Below, piece by piece: positions 1 to 10,078 of a DNA stretch of 64,000 nt. The stretch is from Octopus bimaculoides. Its lineage: Eukaryota. The first letter of the stretch is position 1. Every line of letters starts with the position of its first letter. The translations under genes and the position numbers were made by a program. The stretch is taken from NCBI RefSeq assembly GCF_001194135.2, contig NC_068994.1, positions 20,808,215 to 20,872,214 on the forward strand. Direction: 5' to 3'. The notes under the pieces were generated by a model. It was given only the letters and a program-made list of their open reading frames with translations. It searched no databases and had not been told where the DNA came from.

Positions 1-1384
1 AAAAACTAGTCTGTAGGGCATAAAACAGCTGGGAATCTTTGCTACAAAGCATGAAAGTTTTGGTAGATATGTATTACCTGATTATTTTATAAGCCTCAAG
101 AAATTCCTTTTTTTTTAATAATACTTTTTGATTTCTTTATTCTTGAAGCTCTGTAGTGCTTTATCTATATAAATCTTTCAGTCTTTTTAGAAACTGGAGA
201 TTTTGATTTAGTCCAATATAAAAAATAAATTGTTAAAATATAACTATTGCATGAACTTGGATGAAATTTACTGATGTGATATAATCATTAGTAAACATTA
301 TGAATGCAGTTTTTACTTATTGTCATGTCCTTTCACCTACCAAGGGAGGGTGAATACAGTTAAACTGATTACTGGACATTGATTTCCTAATTAAATCATT
401 AATAATCAATAAATTACTAAAAAATAACATCCCTATCTTCTAATTCACTGCTGGCGTTATTAACAATTACTAAGCTTGAAAGTAGAGAGAAGGAAATCCA
501 GAGAAATTTATTTGATAAAGCAGAAAAAAAATATACACAGGGCATCTTTTGACAAGAAGTTCTTTGTAAAATGAAGCTAAACTTTGTTTCTCACAGAAAA
601 GAGTACTTAATTCTAGTTTTTGACTTTCAAATAACAACACAATTTGATCTATGATTTTGTGTGGATTAAGATTTGGCAATAGGTGTACATATCTGCAGAA
701 CAAGATTTTATCTTAGAGTTAATTACATTTTTTTCAAGCATGAGAGAAGCTAATGTAATTTGCAGTTTGATATACAACTTAATTCTGTTGTAATGTTTTT
801 GGTCAACTTTTCTTTTTGATGGAAGTTGGAATTGTGTTTATGGCCTTCACTTACCAACTAAGACTGATAAAATCAGTGCAGTTCCTTCTTGAACAACTAA
901 GTTGATGACTGCAGGAAAAACATGGAGATAGAGAAAATTTCATCAAGTCATTATTCTGCAGAAGGACTGATATAGTGGTTAGTTCAGGCCTAAGGTGATG
1001 GATAAAATAAGGGTGACGAGGGAGTTGGAAGATGGTGGCACAAGACCAACTAACTCTCAGTCGTAATAGAAGAGAGCATATGTGAATGACTTTTATTTAC
1101 TTTTCTATACTTTATTGAATTTTTGACAGTTTTTTTTATCTAGCAATTCCTGAAGAATAGCATTGTTTGTTGTTGTATTCCAACAGATAATTTACTGATT
1201 TGTTAGACCAATCGATTCATAATGGTGAGAGAAGCAAAGGGAGCATCTGTACCTTGGTGGAATTCATTTGAAGAGCCCCATTCTTTTTTTCTTTTTTTTT
1301 TTGATTTTACACTCTTTGCCAATCTATGGCAAAATATACATGCAAACACACACATGTGTGCACACACGCACACACACACAGACA

Positions 1385-1530
1385 CAGAATAAGTTTCTGC
1401 ACAGTTTCCATCTACCAAATTCCACACACAAGATATTGACCAATCTGTGGCTGTGATCAAAGACATTTATGCAATTGGATTGAACTCAGAACAATATCAT
1501 TGCAAAATATACTTCTTAACTACACATATT
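1385..1530 (-). mobile_element. SINE family A (CORE-like) degenerate 5' half
   Basis: cagtttccatctaccaaattcca...gacattt...ggattgaactcaga is the reverse complement of the family A head/core seen at 24025 and 37283. Confidence 0.55.
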
Positions 1531-2183
1531 GTTTCTTTCTGATTTTAATACCTTATCTTTCTTTCATTTTTTTCTTCATTTACTAATTTGCTATGTGGTT
1601 TATTCATTCATTATTATTGACTTTTTTCTCTTCTTGGGGAAGAAGTGGTATAAATGGTTGGATATGTTTCCTATGAATTTATAGCTTTCCTCAAAGTATG
1701 TCTATAGTATCTGCCTGTATATTTAATATAAGATTATTAAGATATTTATAGTTTATATTGTAATTTTTTTTTTTTTTTTGAGAATTTGCTGTAAAAATGT
1801 TTCTGGTTTATAATAGCCCAAAATTTCTGGTTTATAATAGCCCAGCAACCAGATGTCACTTAGATGTCAATACAACAGCCTGACTCTGGCTGTCAGGCTT
1901 ATATTTCTCTTTTTGCCTTGAGTTAATTATTGCTTAGGTATACATTTAGAGCAAAAACGGAACGTGTTTATATTTCTGAATAATGATATTTTCACATATG
2001 TACAGACCACTCTTCCTACAAAAAAAATCTCCCATAAAAGTATCTCATCCTTTTCTTTAGATGTATTTATTTCCTATAAATAAATATATTGTCTCTACTC
2101 CTCACTGAGCTCCTCCAGTCACCAACAGTTGATTGATTATTGTTTTACATTGGTGCCATCTACTCCAATTCGTCTTTCTTTAA

Positions 2184-2394
2184 CCCTTTAGTGTTCACAT
2201 TATTCTGCCAAAATCGATGCTTTTTTATCCACATTGCTTTGAACTAATCATGCATTATCTTGTAGCTATGAGATTTTAATAAGGTAGCTGCTAATTTTTA
2301 AAACGATATTGTAGGGTTGGTGTGAGAGACCAGATCTGGCCAGTTCTAACATAAAACAGGCAGAATACTTTTGGCCGGTTTAAATGCTAAAGGG
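2184..2394. mobile_element. Complete piggyBac-type MITE (TTAA target, CCCTTTAG TIRs)
   Basis: TTAA at 2180-2183 and 2395-2398. TIRs CCCTTTAGTGTT / AATGCTAAAGGG match 10/12. Confidence 0.8.
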
Positions 2395-3284
2395 TTAAAG
2401 TCATTATCCTCAATAATTTCAATTCATACAACTTCTCTTGACTCTCTGACTCCTCTCACACTAGCACTGCCAAGTTAGAGACCCACTTTAAACTGCCTGT
2501 ACTAGTTAATATCTTCACTTATTGTTATACTCGTACACTAACTGGTACACTTACTCTCTAAACATTTTTGGCCTCTTTTTCACTTCCAAACCCAGCCTTT
2601 GCCAACCTAGCCATCATAACTTCTGATTTCATTAGTTTGATTTTTTCCTAAGGAAGGCAATACACTCCATATCATTCTACTGTACAATAACTCCTACCCA
2701 TAAACCCATTATTTCTTCAAGTCAGCTGACTATCCTTGGCTGTAAATGTATATCAAACTTTAACCCATCTTTGACGGCTAAAAAGATGTATGATGTCACC
2801 TTTTAGATATGTTCCTCCATATGTTGACTCAGTTAGAACTTACAACCCTATATGGCTCATTTATGGCTGCATTACATATGTACTTCCAAAGAATACTTTC
2901 TCAAAAATTTAGAAAAATCACCACACCGTCACTTATAAGGAAGCATTTACCCATCATTGCAACTTCTGCAAAAGATTATCAAGAAAACAAAGATATTCTT
3001 TGTGAATCACATTACCTCCAAGTTCCTTCATTTTTCAACTGCAGCTTAGCCTTCTGCTTCTTTTCTAAAAGGGTTTCAGCCAACTTTATTGACCTTTCCT
3101 GGCCAACACTTCTCAGCTGAGAGGGTTCTGTCAGTAGAGTTTCTTTAGATAAAGCCACCACACTCGCTCATTCAACTCTACAATGTACACATGTACAGCA
3201 TAATTCTTTGCTTTACACAACCATTCATCCAGTGAGATACAATGACCAATATCAGCAGTATTCATACTATTACTTTCTGACAAT

Positions 3285-3700
3285 GGGCTCCAGAGCTAGA
3301 TCCTGTTTTTACTGAACTTCTCAATTTTTCTCTCTTTTGAGGAGTATCTTCTCCAAACTACAGGAACACATGACAGTGTTCCATTTCAAACTTAACAAGC
3401 AACATGCTATCTTTGCTCCCAACATCTCAAAGCTGCCAGACTTAGAAGAGACTCACCCTACTAAATGATACACCATCTGTCTCATTCTTTAGAACTTGGA
3501 CAAACACAATATTATTGTTATGTATATCAGAGGTCTTTGATGATGTCTGAATCATGTATCAATAATTATCTTGCCTGTTTACAGGCTATATCCATCTCTT
3601 TTGGATTGAAAATTTCCTGATGGACCACTTAACTGCAATATGTATCTCTCTGGTTCTCTTTCTCTAATTTATGTCTGCTAATTCTGGTACACTGCATAGC
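3285..3700 (+). pseudogene. Decayed CR1/L2-like LINE reverse transcriptase remnant
   Basis: Interrupted translations PELDPVFTELLNFSL*GV, LSLLPTSQ, ISEVFDDV and WIENFLMD follow the order of CR1/L2 RT motifs (PELAPVL..LFN.SL, ISLLP.ISK, SKAFD.V, WI..FL.DR). Many stops. Confidence 0.5.
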
Positions 3701-4686
3701 TTCATTGTTTCTTGTACTCTTTCTTCTCTAAATTGATGACCATCTAACTACAGACATGTTTCTATAAAGATTTACCACCATTCACTCCTCTTAATCTTAC
3801 ACATACACACACTCTCTCCTCCTCCCTCCCTCTCTCTGAAGCATTATCCGCATGTAAGAATTACACTATTTCCATGAAAAGGTACTTCAAAAAGTTTTTC
3901 CAAAGATAGTCTAGTTTTCTTAAACAGTCACCAAGACAATCCCTAAATGTATCTAGGAAACAGTTCTGTACTACACTATCCTTACACATGAACAAGATGC
4001 AACGAAATTCATCAAAATGTTTACAAATGTTATGCCTATGATCTCTCATGGTAAAACATTATCAAAACTACATCAGAAGCCAGAAATATTTCAATCTATA
4101 AAACTCATGCATGATTCACATAAGAATAGTGTTCACATAACTTTAGACAACCTGGCGTGCCTGTCTTTCCTCCTCTTGTCATCCATACTGTATATTACTT
4201 ATATCTAAACTCCTTATTAAATGCTTTGCCTTACTAATTCTTTTACTCCTCTTCTACCCACTTCTGTCAGCTTCTGTCAGCCTAGTTAAGTCACAAGCTG
4301 AACATCAACTTCATCAACTGCAGTTTAATTTAAGATTCCATAATCTCTGTTGTGCTTTCTTCAATGAACTCATAAGAATATCTTTATCAAGAATATTTGA
4401 ATGTTTTTTATTTCAGTTAATCAAGTTGTCACTTTACCTCAGTATCATATATCTATGGATAGAATGAGTATTAGTAACCACCATCTGTTCTGTATCTTCT
4501 AAAGTTGATTTATTTCAGCCATATGATGTTAGTTTTGAGCTGCTGTGTCTTATGTCACCTCCTGTTTTGACATACCTACCTTACAGCAACTCTGTTATTA
4601 TGCATGTAGTACACTATTTGTCTCTGTTTTGTTGATATATTGTCTTAATACCTATATTCATGGTTCTATTTTAAATATACTTACAG

Positions 4687-4762
4687 AAAGAAACTGAAGG
4701 GAAAAGTTTTGAAGAAAAAAGCACCTCCCAAATTTCCTGGGGCTGCTAACTGGAAAGTTCAG
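4687..4762 (+). CDS. Internal coding exon A of an unidentified multi-exon gene (xKKLKGKVLKKKAPPKFPGAANWKVQ)
   Basis: Acceptor tacttacAG, donor CAG|GTAAGT, 76 nt. Open only in the frame with 1 nt carried over; ends phase 0, compatible with exon B. Confidence 0.65.
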
Positions 4763-5624
4763 GTAAGTTATTTGAGTAACTTTATTGATTAGGTTAAGCA
4801 ATGACTTGCTATGTAAGACAGGAGCTCCAACTAGTATTCTACTGTTAGTAAATATTGGGAATGTTGTGCTCAATGGACTATCCTTTACATACAAATATTT
4901 CCAAAGAATTTGTGCTATGAGGTATTATTATTTTTACTACTAATTGGCTGGAATACAGAAATCTACTCCCATATTATATTCAATACACATACACATATGG
5001 AGCTGGCAATCACTTTTGATTTTATTAGAGGAAGACGTAAGGAGATACTTTTTCATCTCATCAGTGACATATATTCCAGTATGAATGAGCCAACAAAGGT
5101 GCCTCTAAGTAGTTGCTTGACTGGCAAGAAATAGCAGTCAAAACACCTTCAAATCACTTCCTACCACCTTAAAAAGGGAAGTATACATTAGCCTATGTAG
5201 TTCTGGCTCAATTAGAGGTGACTTGGCTTTAAACAACTACCACTACCAGAATTGTAAAAAGTGAACATTTTTAACACTATTAAGATGGTTGGGTGAAATA
5301 GTTGATGTCTGTCACTTTGTATAAAAATATTGCTATAAACAAACAAAAAAAACCTCATGTTTTTACCATTGAAAGTATAGTTACTAATTGCCAGGATTTA
5401 ATTGATCTTATTAGGTGGGTCCAGGAAATTCAATGACATCATATTTAGCAACATGACAGTCCTAATAATAATAGTTATTTTTTAACATTGATAATGTGTT
5501 ACAAATGTACAGAGTAACGGTATATCAAATTCATTCATTGGTGTTTTCTTTATTGGTCTTGGAGAGGCTGAAATACAAAGTTGAACTTGCTAAGTTTTGA
5601 ACTCAGAATGTGAAGGGATGTATA

Positions 5625-5786
5625 GGCACAGGTGTGGTTGTGGGATTAGGAAAGTTGCTTCTCAGTCATGTGGTCTTGGGTTCATTACCACTACATGGCA
5701 CCTTTGGCAAGTGTCTTCTACTATAGTCTAGGGTTAATCAAAACCTTGTGAGTGGATTTGGTCAGCAGAAACTGGTAGAAGCCTGT

Positions 5787-5788
<2 letters not shown>
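5625..5788 (+). mobile_element. SINE family A 5' half ending in (TA)n
   Basis: tRNA-like head, then ggcacctttggcaagtgtcttctactatag (CORE-like) and gtggatttggt...gaaactg. Confidence 0.7.
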
Positions 5789-5834
<46 letters not shown>

Positions 5835-5848
5835 TAGATAGATAGATA
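5789..5848. repeat. (TA)n-(GATA)n microsatellite
   Basis: Read directly. Confidence 0.95.
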
Positions 5849-5850
5849 TC

Positions 5851-6204
5851 AGGCGTGGTTTCTTCCCAACCACATGGTTCTGGTTTCAGTCTCACTGCAT
5901 GGCACCTTGGGCAAGTGTCTTCTACTATAGCCTTGTGAGTGGATTTAGTAGACAGAAACTGAAAGAAGCTTGTATATATGTGTGTGTGTGTCTTTGCATC
6001 TGTGTTTGTCCCCGATCACTGCTTGACAACCAATGTTGGTTTGTTTACATCCCCATGACTTAGCGGTTCAGCAAAATAGACCGATAGAATAAATACCAGG
6101 CTTAAAAAAACTGTCCTAGAGTCAATTTGTTCAACTAAAAACTCTTCAGGGTGGTGCCCCAGCATGACTGCAATAAAATGACCGAAACAAATAAAAGATA
6201 AAAG
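5851..6204 (+). mobile_element. SINE family A, near full length
   Basis: cccaaccacatggtt...ggcaccttgggcaagtgtcttctactatagcc, internal (GT)n, then 3' half ...ccccagcatg...gaaacaaataaaagataaaaga. Confidence 0.8.
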
Positions 6205-6294
6205 ACATACATACATACATATATAAGAAAGAAGAAGAAAAGAGATATATACACACACATATACACCTACACAAACATACATACGTGTGTACGT

Positions 6295-6510
6295 ACCATT
6301 GTCTTGAGATCAAATAATGGTTGCAAGTGAGCATCACCATCATACAAGCAATGTTGTTCACTTTCAGTTTTCTGTGAAATATTACCTTGCTTGGTAACAG
6401 GTGAGTGTTGACGACTGTAAGGGTATCTTGTTGTAGAAAGTCTGCCTCAACAAAATTCTATCTAACCTAGGCAAGCATGGAAAAAGAGATGTTGAATAAT
6501 GATGATTTCT
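6295..6510 (+). mobile_element. SINE 3' segment with RTE-like tail
   Basis: Similar to 53820-54055 (caggtgag..ttg..aaggg.atc..tagaaa...acc.a.gc.a.catggaaaa..gatgtt..atgatga). Confidence 0.55.
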
Positions 6511-6545
6511 TACAGTTCTATATTCTTTCCTCTTTTCCACTGCTC

Positions 6546-6585
<40 letters not shown>

Positions 6586-6699
6586 GAGGAGGAGGTAAGA
6601 GCGTATTTCTCACTGATACCAAGAGAACACTACAAATTGTCAAAAAAAAGGAGTATATTTGATTAAATCAATCCTAATTTATACACACATATGATATAC

Positions 6700-6850
6700 C
6701 TTTTTTCACTTTCTGTCTATCAAATGCACTCACAAAGTTTTTGTAGATCTAATGCTGTAGTAGAAGACATTTGCTTAAGGTGCCAAGCAGTGGGACTGAA
6801 CCCCAAACCATATGGCGAAGAAGCAGACCACTTAACCACACAGTCATTCC
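6700..6850 (-). mobile_element. SINE family A 5' half
   Basis: tagtagaagacatttgcttaaggtgccaagcagtgggactgaacccc is the reverse complement of the family A core and B-box region. Confidence 0.7.
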
Positions 6851-6905
6851 AATGCTTCCTGAATGCAAATTTTATGTGGAAACATCAAATTTATAACATC
6901 TTTAA

Positions 6906-7015
6906 CCCTTTAGCATTTAATCCAGCCATATCCAGCCCAAATATTCTACCTGTTTTATGTTAAAACTGACTTTATCCAACCTCTCACACCTACCCTACAA
7001 TGTCATTCTAAGAAT
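6906..7015. mobile_element. Truncated copy of the same TTAA MITE, opposite orientation
   Basis: TTAA|CCCTTTAGCATTTAA...cctaccctacaatgtcatt matches the reverse complement of the right half of 2184-2394. Confidence 0.7.
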
Positions 7016-8933
7016 ATTTATTTGCTATTTGTTTCTAATGTGGCAAGCTAGCAGAAACGTTAGCATGTTGGACAAAATGCTAAGTGGCAGTTTACTGGCT
7101 CCGTCTTCTAAGTCCAAATATCACTGAAGTCCATGGAATGTATACATTATAGAGACACTATAGAGGACTTTGTCTTTTTGTAGGACATCTAAAACAAGGT
7201 TTATAGACATATTCCCTTTCCAAGCTATACTGGGATGTATTGAATGCAGCACTTATGACTCACTTGTTAAATATATATTGCTACCACTGCTAATTTACTT
7301 AACAGTTAGATTGTTGTTCAGCCCCATGTCAGGCCTTTTTGAGAGGACCTTTGATCAAATACATTCCAGCCACGAGCATTTCATTTTTTCATCTAGTGTG
7401 TGTGATTTTGAGGGAGATTTGATTGCTCTGTTGAGTAGACTGAGTAACTGCACAGAGACTTCTTTGTTGGTTTGACTTAAAGCCAGGTTGTGTAGAACTA
7501 ACAGATTTGGTTGTAAACACAATAATACCATTCTGGATAGCGATGGTCATTATTTTGATTATTTCATTTGATTTAGTCATTTGTGGTCCCAGTCAATAAT
7601 ATATTTCAGCAACAACAGAAAGAAAAGGAAAGCTCTGTGCATGGAAAAAAGTAGGCAGTTTTGGAGTAAACGGTAAAGCACAAGATGGCATCTTGTTCAA
7701 TGTCTCATGGTTCTGTGTTTAAATCTTACTGGTATTTGGTTTACTGTTGCAGTTTACTTCTATTGTTGATATGTTAGAATTTAATATTTACAAAAATTGA
7801 CATTTTATATGTCAGCAGAAACTATCAGCTAGTTAGGGAGGATACATGCCATACAACTGTGGTAAGAGATAGTTTCCTGGTGGGTGGTCAACATTTACCA
7901 GCTTTGATTCTGTTTTTAACCATTTCTCTTCAGTTACATATCTAGACTTTTGAGAAAGGCATGCATATCGCATAATTCCAACATCCTTCCCTATATTTCT
8001 GTTGAACTTTAATAACATTAATAACAAACATCCAGTAACATCAGCACTTAAATAAATTCTTAGCCATGCTAAGATTCCTTTCAATCATTAATACTCTTGG
8101 ATGAAGAATGACAGTTACAGCTCTCCTATTTTGCTACTCTTTAAGAATATCCTGATAGGTAAGTTATTATTTATGAAGGCAGATAAAACCAATAGTTAAG
8201 AATTTGGCCAATCCTTCCCTCATTAACTGAAAATGATCAGTTGATGATGTTCCATTGAAAGGAAGCTAACAGCTATTTGCTTTTGTTGTAGTTGACTAAC
8301 CCCCAACCAGACCTCATTGAGCGAACCTAGGGTCAAAAGTGTTCCTGTCACAACCATCAACATGAACTGTCTTATTTTGAAAACAGGAGGTTGTGGTTTA
8401 AAGGAGGATTGGCTGTTATTTCTACAAGGTGGAACAACTACACAATAACCTACCTAATTAGACCATTGCATTTATTGCTATAATAATGATTCATATAGGT
8501 CACACATTTATGGAGGAGTAGATATTGACGTATATAGAGTAGGAAGGGTTTACAGCGCCTGGAAGAAAATACAATTTTTGCACTCCCACCTTAATTAACT
8601 GGCGTGTCCGTCGCCAAGGAGATGCACTGGACGGCGCTGCTCCACCTTACTATTCAATGGCGTACCCTCAGATTTACAGTGATACACTTATTTCTAAACT
8701 CCACTTCAGCATTATTACAAATTATTGCCCACCCAGAATATTCTGAAGCATCCCCTGGCACCAAAGTCTGGCGACGAGCCTGTTGACGGGTGCGATAAAC
8801 AAGTTGAATATCTGACTATATCTGACTGCTGTTTATAGCATGTTGTTGACCGCTTAAACGCTCTCTTGTTGGCCACGAGTGATTATGTTGTCTTTTGAGT
8901 AAAGCATTATACTCTTTGCTACTAAGATTATCT

Positions 8934-9170
8934 AGTTCTATATTTAAGAGATGAGGAATTATTTACATTATTTACATTATCTACATTTGACGGATATTCG
9001 TCCTCATCTTGTTTGTTGTTAACACAACGTTTCGGCTGATATACCCTCCAGCCTTCGCCAGGTGTCTTGGGGAAATTTCGAACCTGGGTTCTCATTCCTA
9101 TCGATGTTACTATTATTATTATTATTATATTATTATTAATCAGGTCGCTGCCGTGAATCGAACTCGTGTC
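8934..9170 (-). mobile_element. Second, inverted copy of the hammerhead SINE-like element (A box missing, longer 3' end)
   Basis: 8963-9110 is the reverse complement of 9931-10078 at 146/148 nt. On the - strand it begins with B box GAGTTCGATTCACGGCAGCGACC, then (AAT)n, and ends ...AATTCCTCATCTCTTAAATATAGAACT. Confidence 0.8.
9021..9066 (-). ncRNA. Minimal type I hammerhead ribozyme copy with core mutation (CUGGCGA, A6G)
   Basis: Reverse complement is identical to 9975-10020 except at 9058, which changes the conserved A6 of CUGANGA. Confidence 0.75.
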
Positions 9171-9262
9171 ACAGCTTTGCGATGTTCTTCTACCCTTATT
9201 TTGAGGGGGCGAAATGTTTCGCCTTTGTATAACCTACCACAGCTGCATGGGATGGAGTACAC

Positions 9263-9743
9263 NNNNNNNNNNNNNNNNNNNNNNNNNNNNNNNNNNNNNN
9301 NNNNNNNNNNNNNNNNNNNNNNNNNNNNNNNNNNNNNNNNNNNNNNNNNNNNNNNNNNNNNNNNNNNNNNNNNNNNNNNNNNNNNNNNNNNNNNNNNNNN
9401 NNNNNNNNNNNNNNNNNNNNNNNNNNNNNNNNNNNNNNNNNNNNNNNNNNNNNNNNNNNNNNNNNNNNNNNNNNNNNNNNNNNNNNNNNNNNNNNNNNNN
9501 NNNNNNNNNNNNNNNNNNNNNNNNNNNNNNNNNNNNNNNNNNNNNNNNNNNNNNNNNNNNNNNNNNNNNNNNNNNNNNNNNNNNNNNNNNNNNNNNNNNN
9601 NNNNNNNNNNNNNNNNNNNNNNNNNNNNNNNNNNNNNNNNNNNNNNNNNNNNNNNNNNNNNNNNNNNNNNNNNNNNNNNNNNNNNNNNNNNNNNNNNNNN
9701 NNNNNNNNNNNNNNNNNNNNNNNNNNNNNNNNNNNNNNNNNNN
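9263..9743. other. Assembly gap
   Basis: N run. Confidence 1.
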
Positions 9744-9825
9744 ATAGCATATGGGAACCGGTATTGAGGAAAGATAGAAAAATAATAGATTTATAAGCCT
9801 TAAAATTCACCCCATAATTGCCCAC

Positions 9826-9898
9826 GGGCATATGGCGTAGTGGTTAAGAGCGCGGGCTACTAACCCCAAGGTTCCGAGTTCGATTAATAATAATAATA

Positions 9899-9930
<32 letters not shown>

Positions 9931-10078
9931 GTAACATCGATAGGAATGAGAACCCAGGTTCGAAATTTCCCCAAGACACCTGACGAAGGCTGGAGGGTAT
10001 ATCAGCCGAAACGTTGTGTTAACAACAAACAAGATGAGAACGAATATCCGTCAAATGTAGATAATGTAAATAATGTAA
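9826..10078 (+). mobile_element. tRNA-headed SINE-like element carrying a hammerhead ribozyme
   Basis: Head GGGCATATGGCGTAGTGGTTAAGAGCGCGGGCTACTAACCCCAAGGTTCCGAGTTCGATT (A box 9833-9843, B box 9876-9885, resembles tRNA-Arg ACG), then (AAT)n, HHR body and a TAATGTAAA repeat tail. First T4 is at 10089-10092. Confidence 0.8.
9975..10020 (+). ncRNA. Minimal type I hammerhead ribozyme, intact core
   Basis: GACAC (stem I 5') - CUGACGA - A - GGCUG gaggguauau CAGCC (stem II) - GAAAC - GUU (cleavage triplet, cut after 10015) - GUGUU (stem I 3'). Stem III is reduced to the palindrome ACGU, as in Penelope-associated minimal hammerheads. Confidence 0.85.

Noticed and set aside
9826-9885. Possible genuine tRNA gene (also 30480-30555)
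   Set aside because: The anticodon and acceptor stems are imperfect or missing, and the heads run straight into repeat bodies. They are SINE promoters.
9002-10039. Idea that the left ribozyme copy was reverse-transcribed from an A-to-I edited RNA (both differences are A/G)
   Set aside because: G at 9002 preserves the 9-bp 3' stem and so looks ancestral, whereas A is ancestral in the core. That suggests one change on each copy, and two transitions are too few to infer editing.
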